This document shows positions 52,233 through 62,335 of a stretch of DNA of 64,000 nucleotides, piece after piece. Under the pieces are notes generated by a model. The model ran no database searches. It was not told the DNA's origin and saw only the letters and a program-made list of their open reading frames with translations. The stretch is taken from positions 10,205-74,204 of the forward strand of contig JAQUPG010000007.1 of assembly GCA_028716725.1 (NCBI GenBank), read 5' to 3'. Positions within the stretch are counted from its first letter, which is position 1. The number at the start of each line of letters is the position of its first letter. Position numbers and translations under genes: made by a program. The stretch comes from Patescibacteria group bacterium. GTDB lineage: Bacteria; Patescibacteriota; Patescibacteriia; Patescibacteriales; JAQTRU01.

Positions 52233-52254
52233 AACTTTTAATTAAATATCTTGG

Positions 52255-53163
52255 TTAAAAATATCCTTCCCTCTTTTTTTCTTCCATCGAATTGCTGTCA
52301 GAACCATGATCAATGGCTCTATTTTCCCGCTCTGAATTTTTTGCTTCCATTACTTCCATTATTATTTCTTCGATTGTTACCGCCCTGGAAACGATTGCTC
52401 CGGTTGAAGGAGAGCAGCCTAAGGTACGATAGCGAAACATACCTTCAATAACTTCTTCACTTTCCTGCGGCTGAACAAATTCATCAAGACGCAAATAAAC
52501 ACTATGTCTTTTAATTACTTTGGTTTTTTGGGCAAAATAAAGGGGGACAATTTCAATTTTTTCTTTTTTTATATATAGCCAAATGTCTAGCTCTGTCCAG
52601 TCCGACAAAGGAAAAACTCTTACCGTCTCCCCCTCATTAATTTTGGTATTATAAAGATGCCAAAGCTCGGGACGCTGATTTTTTGGATTCCAAACCCCAT
52701 TGGCATCCCGGAAAGAGAAAATCCTTTCTTTGGCCCGCGATTTTTCTTCTTCCCGTCTGGCTCCGCCAAAGGCAGCATCAAATTTATATTTCTTTATCGC
52801 TTCCAGCAATGGCTTTGTTTTTTTATAATATATGTATTCATCGGTATGGGCCTGATCCGGTCTCATCATTCTAGCTTTTTCTTCCTTATTTTTATGAACA
52901 ATTAATTTTACTCCGATTTTTTTTGTATAATAATCACGGAATTGTATCATTTCCCTAAATTTATAGCCAGTATCAATATGAAGCAAGGGGAAAGGAATTT
53001 TTCCCGGAGAAAAAGCTTTTTGCGCCAACCGTAAAAGTACCGAAGAATCTTTTCCGATAGAATACAGCATTACGGGATTTTTAAATTCCGCTGCCGTCTC
53101 CCTTATGATATAAATACTCTCGGCCTCCAGTTGTTCTAGATAACCTAAATTATATTTTTCCAT
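52255..53163 (-). CDS. cysD: Sulfate adenylyltransferase subunit 2
   Basis: [11 protein letters not shown]..., PP-loop-like [13 protein letters not shown], and the conserved C-terminus ...[11 protein letters not shown]...[10 protein letters not shown]. Confidence 0.95.
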   Translation of the reverse strand: MEKYNLGYLEQLEAESIYIIRETAAEFKNPVMLYSIGKDSSVLLRLAQKAFSPGKIPFPLLHIDTGYKFREMIQFRDYYTKKIGVKLIVHKNKEEKARMMRPDQAHTDEYIYYKKTKPLLEAIKKYKFDAAFGGARREEEKSRAKERIFSFRDANGVWNPKNQRPELWHLYNTKINEGETVRVFPLSDWTELDIWLYIKKEKIEIVPLYFAQKTKVIKRHSVYLRLDEFVQPQESEEVIEGMFRYRTLGCSPSTGAIVSRAVTIEEIIMEVMEAKNSERENRAIDHGSDSNSMEEKKREGYF

Positions 53164-53258
53164 AATTATTTTAACTTTTTAATATTAAAAACATCCCTTT
53201 ACCGCTAGTACATTCGCCTTATCTCCTTTTTTTATAATGTAGGATATAATTAACTTTA

Positions 53259-54362
53259 TTATTGAAAAAATCTGACTATTCTCTTCCCGGCCCTGCCGTC
53301 CCCGAATGGGTTATCCCATTCTTTTTTTGTTCCTGCCATTTTCCTAGAACAAGACAATATTTTCTTGGGATCTGTCCCGGCTAGAATATTTGCGCCTGAC
53401 TTTAAAGTTTCCGGCCTCTCCGTATTATCTCTTATAGTCACGCAGGGAATTTTTAAAATACAAGCTTCTTCCTGCAAACCGCCGGAATCCGTAATTATCA
53501 GATTTGCCTTGGATTCCAACTGTAAAAAATCCAGATAGCCTAGGGGCGGTATCGCCCTTACGCCCGCCGGAATTTCCAAACCGAATTTTTTTATATTATT
53601 CAGGGTCCGGGGATGAACCGGATATATTATTGGTAAATTAAAATCATTAGCCACAAAAGCTAACCCTTCCAAAATTCCTTCCAAACGCTCTTCTATGTCT
53701 ACATTTTCCGCCCGGTGAGCCGTAGCCAGAATATAATTTTTATCCTCTAAATTTAATGCCTTCAAAATATCGCTTTTCTTTTCAGCTAACTCAAGATTCT
53801 GAAAAACGGCATCAACTACGGTATTGCCGGTTAAAACCGCTTTACCGTCAGCGACCCCTTCATCTTTAAGATTTTGCAAAGCGTCGTCCGTGGGCGCGAA
53901 TAAAAAATCAGAAATATGGTCCGTTATGATCCGGTTGGTTTCCTCCAGCATAGTTAGATCATGGCTTCGCAATCCAGCTTCATGGTGTCCAATTTTAATC
54001 CCCAGCTTATTAGCCGCCAAAGCCCCGGCCAAAACACTATTGGTATCGCCTTGGACTAATATCGCTTCCGGTTTTTCTTGGGCTAAAACTTTCATAATTT
54101 CCCTGATCATAAGTCCGACCTGTTTTCGGTATTCATTGCCGCCGACATTTAGATTGTACTTCGGTTCTTTAATTTCCAAATCTTCAAAAATTTTTTTATC
54201 CATCTCATAGCTATAATGCTGACCGGTATGCAAAATAAAATAATCAAGCTTTCTTTTCTCGCAAGCCCTGACTATCGGCGACATTTTTATAATCTCCGGT
54301 CTGGTTCCTAAAATAATAGCGATTTTCCCACCTTTGATTGGAATATTTTTACCTAAATTCAT
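53259..54362 (-). CDS. wecB: UDP-N-acetylglucosamine 2-epimerase (non-hydrolysing)
   Basis: ILGTRPEIIKMSPI, HHEAGLRS, ITDSGGLQEEA. Confidence 0.9.
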   Translation of the reverse strand: MNLGKNIPIKGGKIAIILGTRPEIIKMSPIVRACEKRKLDYFILHTGQHYSYEMDKKIFEDLEIKEPKYNLNVGGNEYRKQVGLMIREIMKVLAQEKPEAILVQGDTNSVLAGALAANKLGIKIGHHEAGLRSHDLTMLEETNRIITDHISDFLFAPTDDALQNLKDEGVADGKAVLTGNTVVDAVFQNLELAEKKSDILKALNLEDKNYILATAHRAENVDIEERLEGILEGLAFVANDFNLPIIYPVHPRTLNNIKKFGLEIPAGVRAIPPLGYLDFLQLESKANLIITDSGGLQEEACILKIPCVTIRDNTERPETLKSGANILAGTDPKKILSCSRKMAGTKKEWDNPFGDGRAGKRIVRFFQ

Positions 54363-54372
54363 AATAATAACT

Positions 54373-55563
54373 TTAATTGGCTAACGCCTCATTAAATAAT
54401 TTAATCAGCTTAGCGGTAGTATTTCGCACATCATACTGCTCTAAATATTCTTTATTTATTTTTATTTCTCCGGAAATTAACCCTTCGAGATATTTAGCTA
54501 GTTCATAAATTTGATTGTAATTAAATGATGCGCAACCCAAACTTTCTAGAAACTGGGCCGTCGGGCTATTAGTCGGGGTTATCCCCAGGATAGCCCTTCC
54601 GCTTCCCGCATAATCAACGACTTTTGACGGTAAAAACGGGCTGCCAGGCATGTCGGCGTCAATCACGACTAAACAATCAGACAATTTCATATATTTCAAA
54701 CTCTCTTCATAACTGACGGGGGGGACAATTTCTATATTATCTTTTAAGCCATAAAGATCCGCCATCTTAGCTATACTTTCAGTACTATAACCGGCGTAAT
54801 CATTGGCCGCGCCAATCAATTTAATTTTAAATTTACGAGCAAAGTCAGGCCCCTTATTTATTATCTTCTGTAAGGCTTTAAACAGCAATTCCGGATTTCT
54901 TTGCTTATAAAAAGCGCCGATATAGCTTATGATAAATTTATCAGAATCTGTTTTGCTAACTTCCGGATAATCTTTAAGATTAAAACAGTGAGAAATTACT
55001 TCCGCTTTTTTAGCCCAAAACTCCGGATATTTTTCCATAACCAGATTCTTTGCTTCCTTAGTAACAAAAACTACTTTATCGCTATTTTCAATAACATATT
55101 TTTCTAGTTTTAAAACATTTTTTCTCTCAAGCCATGAATATTTTTTGTATGGATTATCAAACCAGGGATCGCTAAAATAGGCGACAAATTTAGCGCCTAA
55201 TTTTTCTTTCATCATCGCCCCCAATATATTGCTAGCCTGCGGATTTGAAAAAGAAAAAATAATATCTATTTTATAATTTTTCACTATATCTTCGGCAATT
55301 TTACACAACTTTTTATAATACCTCGTGGCGAAAAAATTACGAATTAAAAAATACTTATTAAAATATCTGTTTATTTTAAATTTAGGAATTTTATAAACCG
55401 GCGCATTTATTCCCCAGTCTCCGCACACGTCATAAGTAATAATAACCGGCTCAAGGCCCTGCTTAATCCATTCCGGAATCATTTTCCCAATTAAAATAGA
55501 CTGCGGACGAACTGCGGGGGGCGTCCAAAAACTTAGGCATAAAACTTTAATTTTTTCTTTCAT
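54373..55563 (-). CDS. Glycosyltransferase, GT4/GT-B-like
   Basis: GT-B size and layout, with a C-terminal ...FLPSKVVDYAGSGRAILG... resembling the EX7E region. ATG at 55563 preferred over the TTG at 55581. Confidence 0.65.
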   Translation of the reverse strand: MKEKIKVLCLSFWTPPAVRPQSILIGKMIPEWIKQGLEPVIITYDVCGDWGINAPVYKIPKFKINRYFNKYFLIRNFFATRYYKKLCKIAEDIVKNYKIDIIFSFSNPQASNILGAMMKEKLGAKFVAYFSDPWFDNPYKKYSWLERKNVLKLEKYVIENSDKVVFVTKEAKNLVMEKYPEFWAKKAEVISHCFNLKDYPEVSKTDSDKFIISYIGAFYKQRNPELLFKALQKIINKGPDFARKFKIKLIGAANDYAGYSTESIAKMADLYGLKDNIEIVPPVSYEESLKYMKLSDCLVVIDADMPGSPFLPSKVVDYAGSGRAILGITPTNSPTAQFLESLGCASFNYNQIYELAKYLEGLISGEIKINKEYLEQYDVRNTTAKLIKLFNEALAN

Positions 55564-55564
55564 A

Positions 55565-56611
55565 TTAATTAAATACTTCAAAATTTTTCATCGCTAAAGG
55601 AAAAAATTTGTTTGTCGTACCCAGGGAATATAAACTTATATTTTTTAGTATTAACTCCGGTTCAAAATCGGATTGCAAAAAACGGTATTGCAACGGTAAA
55701 TTTATATAATCACAAAAGTCCTCAAATTTCTTTTGGTAAGATATACTTATAAAAGGTACATCTAATAAAAAGGGTACTACTATTCCATGCAATTTTGTCG
55801 AGATGAAAAAATCACACCTTTTTATCTCTTCCGTAAAAGACTTCGAATCATTTACGTATGGTATAATTTCTAAGTTATCTAGAGAAATTTCTTTATAAAG
55901 CTTTTGGCAAAAATTTAATTCTATTTTTTGTTCATCATTCGAGAAACAAAATAATTTTATTTTTTCATATTTTTTCCCTAACTCTCTAAGTAACTCCACA
56001 TAATTGTTAAATACTTTTGTGTAATTACTTTTGTACGGTAATCTAACAGCAATGCCAATGTTATTGATTGTCCTAACTTTATTTCGCGGACAAATATTTT
56101 TAAATTTTAAATAGCTAGCCGCTAAATCAAATGACAAAATCGGTTTATAAGGAAGATTTAATTTTTGAGCAAACTTAAAGCTGTCCTCATCACGAAACGA
56201 ACAGGTATCCAGTATTTGCAATAATTTAACGCAAGCCCTTTCGTCTTCCTGAGAACCAAAAGGCCCAATGGACAACCCAACACCAACTACCCTTCCGTTT
56301 TTGTTATTCTTTTTTAAGTATTCAGCTCCCCTTCGTTTCCAATTTGAACTATTGGCGGAATGTAAAACTGAACCGCCGCCGATTATAAGTAAATCCGTTT
56401 TTCTTAATATCCGATTTTCCCACCATTTTCTCAAAAAACAAATTTTAATTTTAAACGGGTATATCCATTTATCGCCATGGGGTCTCTCCTCCGCCCAAAC
56501 CCAATAATTATACTCTTTATATTTTTGCCATAAAAAAATCTTTATGGCTTCAGCCATAACATCATCACCGTAATTTTTACTGCCTCGCCAGGCAATGTGG
56601 ACAATATTCAT
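55565..56611 (-). CDS. Polysaccharide pyruvyl transferase family protein
   Basis: N-terminal HIAWRGSKNYGDDVMAEAI (the GxxNxGD pattern of CsaB/WcaK-type enzymes), ...LIIGGGSVL... and ...FISTKLHG... Confidence 0.6.
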   Translation of the reverse strand: MNIVHIAWRGSKNYGDDVMAEAIKIFLWQKYKEYNYWVWAEERPHGDKWIYPFKIKICFLRKWWENRILRKTDLLIIGGGSVLHSANSSNWKRRGAEYLKKNNKNGRVVGVGLSIGPFGSQEDERACVKLLQILDTCSFRDEDSFKFAQKLNLPYKPILSFDLAASYLKFKNICPRNKVRTINNIGIAVRLPYKSNYTKVFNNYVELLRELGKKYEKIKLFCFSNDEQKIELNFCQKLYKEISLDNLEIIPYVNDSKSFTEEIKRCDFFISTKLHGIVVPFLLDVPFISISYQKKFEDFCDYINLPLQYRFLQSDFEPELILKNISLYSLGTTNKFFPLAMKNFEVFN

Positions 56612-56685
56612 AAAGCCCTTCACAATTAACTATTTTTTAACATGAAGTTCAATTCCGGTTCTAAAACTTTCGCTATCAATTTCTT

Positions 56686-57434
56686 TTAATCCCAATCTTT
56701 TAACAATTCATAAAAATCCTCTACTGTATAACCATGTACTGGATTTATTATTTTTGAATGAATAGTCACTAATATATCCAGAGATTTACATCTTTTAATA
56801 AACTCCCTCATTCCTTCTAGGCACTGCTTTTCAAATCCTTCCGCGTCTATTTTCACAACTACCCTCTTGAAGTCTTCGTGATTTAAAGAGTTAATTAAAG
56901 AATCAATTGTCATGCAAGGCAACATTATAAAGTTATTTTTAGTAGTAAATCTACCCTTGAGCCATTTTTCTGTATCTTAACCGGAACCAACTCATTGACA
57001 TCACCAGCTGCAGCTTGATACAAAAAGACATTATTCGTTTTATTTAATTCCATATTTTTATAAATGATACAAGCGCTAAGGGGGTTTGGTTCAAAAATAT
57101 GTACTTTAATATTCTTATTCATTTTTGAGGCCAACAAGCCAAATATTCCGTTATATCCCCCGATATCCAAAAAAAGCGTTGCGTCCTTTGCTAAATCAAT
57201 GCTTTTCTTCTCCTATTTACTTTTCGAAAAATTATCTTTGGCTCTATAATGAGCATAAAAATGTTGATACATTATATCTCCGTCAAATACCAAGGAGTTT
57301 AATAACACTTCCTCGCCCTTATATTTGATTCTAAAAATTTTTCTTCTCCTTAAAAAGGTTGCTACATAAGGCATAAAAACCTTAAGTATGTATTTTTTAA
57401 TGAAATTTTTATAAAATATTACGCTTAGTTTCAT
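56686..57434 (-). pseudogene. FkbM-family methyltransferase disrupted by an in-frame TAG and a frameshift
   Basis: Three ORF fragments (57434-57213, 57170-56925, 56925-56686). The TAG at 57215-57213 is in frame with ...EKKSIDLAKDATLFLDIGGYNG. FkbM motifs FLDIGGYNG, HIFEPNP and VVKIDAEGFE are split across frames near 56925-56975. Confidence 0.6.
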
Positions 57435-57448
57435 TTGATTTTAATTAA

Positions 57449-58954
57449 TTAATTTTTTTCTATTTCTTTTTTATATATCTGCCATAACGGATCCAATGCT
57501 TCATCTCCCTGTTCCCAAGCTTTAAAATAATTAAAATAGAATCCAGTGTCATAAACAGCTGCCACAAAATTCTCTAATCGCCTCTCATACTCATCAGTCT
57601 TTAAATTAATCTTTAAAATCTCTTTAATTTTAGCTGACAAGGTTGTCATATCTGTGTGATGAAAAACGTTAGGTAACTTCAGGGTTGTACCTAAATTGCC
57701 AAGTTGGATTGCCGGTTTATTTAAAAAAGCGGCTTCCGCTATAGTAGTGCTGTTTGGACTAATTATTAAGTCGGCCCTTTTTAAAACGTCCTCGCTTGAA
57801 ATTCTATAATCAATCAGTTTAATATTAACCGTTCTGGCAATTTTCTCAATGTAGGAGGGCGGCCGCAAACCGACCATAGCCGGATGCTCTTTTACCGCCA
57901 GAACATAATCATCGGGCATAGACATAGCCGCTAGCCTGGCTATCTCTATTTGATTACTAAAATACGGAGCGGTTACATCCATACTGGCTTCCGGCTGAAA
58001 TTGCAAAGGAAAATAAACAAATTTTTTTATCTTTTCAAAGGGATAATAATTAAAATTATCCATAAATTTTTTATATCTCTTGTTGCAATAATGATCTCTC
58101 AAAATAATTTTTGGCGGCCGGTAATCTACTGTTATGCCGGTACTTTCTAAAACATTTTTTGATGGTCCTTTAATATACCAAAGCAAAATATGATAAAAAG
58201 GAGACAACTCATGCCTAATTATTTGTTTTATTGATTGTTTGATGTTTGTCTCTTTGAGATAATCCGGTTTTTTAAAAGTTTCTCTAAACTCTTTTATATA
58301 TCTTTTAGCTTTATCACGGTTAACCGTTTCTTCTGAATTATTATTAAGCGCATCAACCCGATCATAAAAAGCGCCTTCATTGCCCTGATAACTATCTGAA
58401 AAAATATGATAACCTTTAATTTTAGAATCCATAAATTCTGTCATTCTTACTCCTCTTTTTTTAGCAAAAAGATTAAACATTATGTGGGGCAAAGAAACAA
58501 AATTCGGAGTAATAATTATTTCTGGATTAAATTTATCAAATATTTCATTAATATACTTATAAACTGCCATAACAAAATCTATAATTTCTTCATCAGGCAC
58601 ATTCTGCTTAAAAGAATAATAATATTTATCTTTATAACATTTAACGTGATTTCTTAAAGTACTTACTATCGGCCAAATAGAATCTATATCTAAAGCCTTA
58701 CATATTTCTTTAAGAGAATAATTATCGCCTCGCAGATAGTCTTTCGGTCGGCTCATTATTTCGTCGTTATTAATAACCAAGTCATACTTTACCTCTTTCT
58801 GATTCAAAATGAAATCATGTGTAGTCCTTTTTAGTGTTAACGCCGCCAGCCTGCATCCTTCGGCTTGTAATTTCTTGGCTAAAAAATGTCCGATATTTAT
58901 TCCCCAAGCACGCTGTTGGAAAATTAAGATTCTTCTATTCTTTAAATTATCCAT
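57449..58954 (-). CDS. Capsule-polysaccharide-biosynthesis-like protein (KpsC/KpsS Capsule_synth-like or related GT-B)
   Basis: 501 aa. ...DLIISPNSTTIAEAAFLNKPAIQLG... resembles the C-terminal Rossmann half of Capsule_synth proteins. The family assignment is tentative. Confidence 0.4.
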   Translation of the reverse strand: MDNLKNRRILIFQQRAWGINIGHFLAKKLQAEGCRLAALTLKRTTHDFILNQKEVKYDLVINNDEIMSRPKDYLRGDNYSLKEICKALDIDSIWPIVSTLRNHVKCYKDKYYYSFKQNVPDEEIIDFVMAVYKYINEIFDKFNPEIIITPNFVSLPHIMFNLFAKKRGVRMTEFMDSKIKGYHIFSDSYQGNEGAFYDRVDALNNNSEETVNRDKAKRYIKEFRETFKKPDYLKETNIKQSIKQIIRHELSPFYHILLWYIKGPSKNVLESTGITVDYRPPKIILRDHYCNKRYKKFMDNFNYYPFEKIKKFVYFPLQFQPEASMDVTAPYFSNQIEIARLAAMSMPDDYVLAVKEHPAMVGLRPPSYIEKIARTVNIKLIDYRISSEDVLKRADLIISPNSTTIAEAAFLNKPAIQLGNLGTTLKLPNVFHHTDMTTLSAKIKEILKINLKTDEYERRLENFVAAVYDTGFYFNYFKAWEQGDEALDPLWQIYKKEIEKN

Positions 58955-58961
58955 ATATTAA

Positions 58962-60275
58962 CTAAGTTAACCTTTTGAACCCGGCATGGGCAATTGGACC
59001 CCTTAATTGCCAACGAACTTGATTATTATCAATGGCTTTTTTTAACAATCCAAAGGTCTCGGCCACTGCCTTTAAAAATCTTTTTGCCTCCTTTTCTTTA
59101 AAACTATAAGTAAGGTAAATGCCGCCAGAGATTAGTATACCTCTTTTTAGCATCTCCTGGGTAAACAAGGTGCGGATGGCCTGGCTTTCTTCACCATAAT
59201 TGAAAGAGAAAGAAATTAAAGGCGGCGGTCCGGCTACCGTGATTTTTAAATTATTGTTTTCTGCCACCTGCTTCAATCCTTTTATAATAAATTTGCCAAT
59301 TTTATTAAGATGCTGAGGAACTTTTTTCTCAATCATTTTTTTAATTGTCGCCAGAGCCGCTGCCGGACCAATTCTTTCAGTCCAAGAGGAGCTACTAATA
59401 AAAGAAGTTTGGGCGGCCTGCATAACTTTTTCTCGGCCGATAATGGCGGCCATGGGAAAACCATTACTTATGCCTTTGGCAAAAACGGCTAGGTCGGGAT
59501 TAACCCCGTATTTAAGATGGACTCCACCGATATTAAGCCGCCAACCGATGGTGACCTCGTCAAAAATTAAGACCGCACCGATTTTATCGGCAATTTTTCT
59601 GACTTGTTTTAAAAAATTATTCTTTGGCTCTTCGTGCCTTAATGGCTCCATCACAATCACACCGATATCCTTGTTTTGGGAAACTATTTTTTCTAATTCT
59701 TCAATTTTATTGTAATGGAAAGGAATCGCCGTTCCCTTTAATTCTCTGGGCACGCCCCTTGGCTCTAACCCCGGGAGCAAATGCCCGTCTAAATTTTTAT
59801 CATTGGCTAAATTAGCCGCCAAATACCAATCTTGCCAGCCATGATAACCGCAAAAGGCAACCTTACCTTTCCCCGAATAGGCACGGGCAATTCTTACGGC
59901 TACAGCCATGGCTTCTCCGCCCCCTCTGGCATACCTTACCATCTTTGCCCAGGAATGTAATTTGCATAACAATTCTGCCAATTCTACTTCTTCCGGAGGA
60001 TTGAGCGTAGAATTTGAGCCGTTATCTATTGCTTTTTTAACTGCCCGGTTAACGTCGGGGTCAGCATACCCTAAAATACAAGCCCCAATACTGGCATTAA
60101 CGTCAATATATTTATTCCCGTCTAAATCCCAAATTTCCACTCCCTTGGCTTTTTTATAATATGAGGGCCATTGTTCGGGCAAAAACATTTCCGAGCGCTT
60201 GGATAACAATTGCGAGCCGCCGGGGATTATTTTTTTTGCTCTATTCCATAATTTAATGCCTTTATTTATGTCCAT
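58962..60275 (-). CDS. Class-III PLP aminotransferase (glutamate-1-semialdehyde aminomutase-like)
   Basis: GGSQLLSKR, FDEVTIGWR, PLP-lysine context AVFAKGISNGFP. Confidence 0.85.
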   Translation of the reverse strand: MDINKGIKLWNRAKKIIPGGSQLLSKRSEMFLPEQWPSYYKKAKGVEIWDLDGNKYIDVNASIGACILGYADPDVNRAVKKAIDNGSNSTLNPPEEVELAELLCKLHSWAKMVRYARGGGEAMAVAVRIARAYSGKGKVAFCGYHGWQDWYLAANLANDKNLDGHLLPGLEPRGVPRELKGTAIPFHYNKIEELEKIVSQNKDIGVIVMEPLRHEEPKNNFLKQVRKIADKIGAVLIFDEVTIGWRLNIGGVHLKYGVNPDLAVFAKGISNGFPMAAIIGREKVMQAAQTSFISSSSWTERIGPAAALATIKKMIEKKVPQHLNKIGKFIIKGLKQVAENNNLKITVAGPPPLISFSFNYGEESQAIRTLFTQEMLKRGILISGGIYLTYSFKEKEAKRFLKAVAETFGLLKKAIDNNQVRWQLRGPIAHAGFKRLT

Positions 60276-60307
60276 GTATTTAAAATTTTATCTTAGAAAA
60301 TTATTTT

Positions 60308-60904
60308 TTATTTCCTGTAATTAATAACTTTTGCCGGCACACCAACAGCTATTGCATTCTTTGGTATGTCCTTAGTTACCACTGCATTTGCTCCAATTAT
60401 GGCTCCATCACCTATGGTAACTCCGGCCAATATTTTTGCCCCGGAACCGATCCAGACGTCCCTGCCTATTTTTGTCGCTTTTATAATGGCTAATTGTTCA
60501 GACATTAATATTCCCTTCTTTGTACCATGATTATGATCCAGTATCTGGCAGAAGGGGGCTATCATGGTATGATCTCCTATTTCCATTTTACCTTTACAGC
60601 AAATTAGGGAATATCTTTCTATAGCTACTTTCTTACCCAGAATTAAATGAGGATGCGGCTTTGTTAATAAAAACTCACAGCCCCGGAACATACAACCATC
60701 CCCGATTTCCATCTTGGCATTATCCGTAAGATTAAACTTTACATCTTCCTTTATTACAATATTTCTGCCGGCTTTTATTCTTTTGTCATTCAATACTCTT
60801 TCCATCCTTTCTTTATCCTCTTTTGTTTGGTATCTTATGGAAGCGATATCAGGCGCTAAATCAGATGTTCTAATATTCTTTTTTACTCTATTTTTTTTAT
60901 TCAT
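60308..60904 (-). CDS. Hexapeptide-repeat (LbH) acetyltransferase
   Basis: [36 protein letters not shown]. Confidence 0.8.
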   Translation of the reverse strand: MNKKNRVKKNIRTSDLAPDIASIRYQTKEDKERMERVLNDKRIKAGRNIVIKEDVKFNLTDNAKMEIGDGCMFRGCEFLLTKPHPHLILGKKVAIERYSLICCKGKMEIGDHTMIAPFCQILDHNHGTKKGILMSEQLAIIKATKIGRDVWIGSGAKILAGVTIGDGAIIGANAVVTKDIPKNAIAVGVPAKVINYRK

Positions 60905-60925
60905 ACACTGAATATAATAAATTAA

Positions 60926-61684
60926 TTATAATTTATCAGCCTCCAGCGACTTAGCGTAACCTTCATCTCTTGCTTTTCCCTCCTGGACTTTATGCAAGGC
61001 AGGATTTTGGTCTAAAAAATTTAAAATATCACCCATGCTAAAAATTTTTCCTTTCCGGTAAAGACCAGCAAATATTTTTTTAATAAACTCAAAATCTGTG
61101 TTGTCGTCAACAGTCCAGCGTAGATGCGAATAATCCGTCTTTGATTCAAAATGCCCCACCCTGAATAAATGCGGATTCTTCCAAATATAGGGGCAGACAT
61201 GTTCCCTTTCGGATTTAAGTTTAGCTTCTTTCCACGCCCGCTCCAATGTCTTAAAGGGGAAAATCCAAAGGTCTAAACCGTCCGGAAAAGTAGGGGGATT
61301 CACATTACTTACATAGTCATATTTATTTTTATTTTTTAGATAAAAATCTATTAAATCATCCACTATTTTGGGATCATGCAAAGGGCAATCAGCCGTTACC
61401 CTGGCAATTATATCAGCCTTGTATTTTTTGGCAGCTTGGTAAATTCTATCCAAGACATCATCCTCGTCTCCGATAAAGTAAGGACAATTTATCTTTTTAG
61501 CTAAAGCGACGGTAGCGGCATCGGCCGGATTCTTAGTGGTAGCGATAATAATTTTGTCTATCTTCTGGCAATGCCGCAATCTTTCTACCAAGAGCTCTAA
61601 TATTGGTTTTCCCTTTATTTTTTTTAAGATCTTACCGGGCAATCTGGTTGAGTTCATTCTGGCTTGGATTATGGCTGTTATCAT
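60926..61684 (-). CDS. SpsF-like cytidylyltransferase (CMP-sugar synthetase family)
   Basis: ITAIIQARMNSTRLPGKILK N-terminus. ATGA overlap with the upstream gene. Confidence 0.75.
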   Translation of the reverse strand: MITAIIQARMNSTRLPGKILKKIKGKPILELLVERLRHCQKIDKIIIATTKNPADAATVALAKKINCPYFIGDEDDVLDRIYQAAKKYKADIIARVTADCPLHDPKIVDDLIDFYLKNKNKYDYVSNVNPPTFPDGLDLWIFPFKTLERAWKEAKLKSEREHVCPYIWKNPHLFRVGHFESKTDYSHLRWTVDDNTDFEFIKKIFAGLYRKGKIFSMGDILNFLDQNPALHKVQEGKARDEGYAKSLEADKL

Positions 61685-62331
61685 ATAATTTCCGGGGCAA
61701 GACCATAACAATTGCGGAGGGAAAGGTGTCTATGGACATTAAACCCATTTTTATTTATTTTTTTAGGATCAAGGTATCGCCCGGTATATATCCTGTCTCC
61801 GTTCCTGTCTTTATCGGAGCACCAAATAAAATCATACTTCCAGAGTATTTCTCCTTGAGTATGAAAATAATAAGCAAAAAACACAAAAGCGGTTAGGATA
61901 GCCGCCGGAAAATTTTCTCTTCCTTCTAATCGTTTCCCGATATTTTCTGGGTTTTTCCCGCGGCTGTTTTTATTAACAGTCTTTTTCACTAAATACCACT
62001 TAAAATTTAAAGCTTCGCTTTTGGCGAATTTTTCTTTTAAATACCAATCCTGGTTATAAAAACATGGTTCTTTTTTTTCCGGATTACAACCGAACCTTGA
62101 CCGCATTTTATTAATAGTCAATCTCTGACCGTCTTTATCTTTTGGTATCCCTAAAATCAAAATATAATCTTTATGAATCCTTTTTAAAAAATTCGGATCA
62201 AAATAAATATTGGGAATTTTAAACTTCATTTTATAAGGATCCGCGATTTTAAATCTTAAACTTATTCTTTTAAGTTCATTCGGTCCGATAAAATTTTTAC
62301 CCATTATTTTTTTCGCTTGCGCTATATTCAT
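61681..62331 (-). CDS. Hypothetical protein
   Basis: A 216-aa ORF translationally coupled to the cytidylyltransferase. No motif recognised. Confidence 0.5.
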   Translation of the reverse strand: MNIAQAKKIMGKNFIGPNELKRISLRFKIADPYKMKFKIPNIYFDPNFLKRIHKDYILILGIPKDKDGQRLTINKMRSRFGCNPEKKEPCFYNQDWYLKEKFAKSEALNFKWYLVKKTVNKNSRGKNPENIGKRLEGRENFPAAILTAFVFFAYYFHTQGEILWKYDFIWCSDKDRNGDRIYTGRYLDPKKINKNGFNVHRHLSLRNCYGLAPEII

Positions 62332-62335
62332 AAAA

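Noticed and set aside
57213-57215. The in-frame TAG in the FkbM gene, considered as evidence for an alternative genetic code.
   Set aside because: TAG terminates well-supported genes in the same window, for example the permease at 510-512 and the gene ending at 7086-7088. The same FkbM gene also carries a frameshift, so decay or error is more likely.
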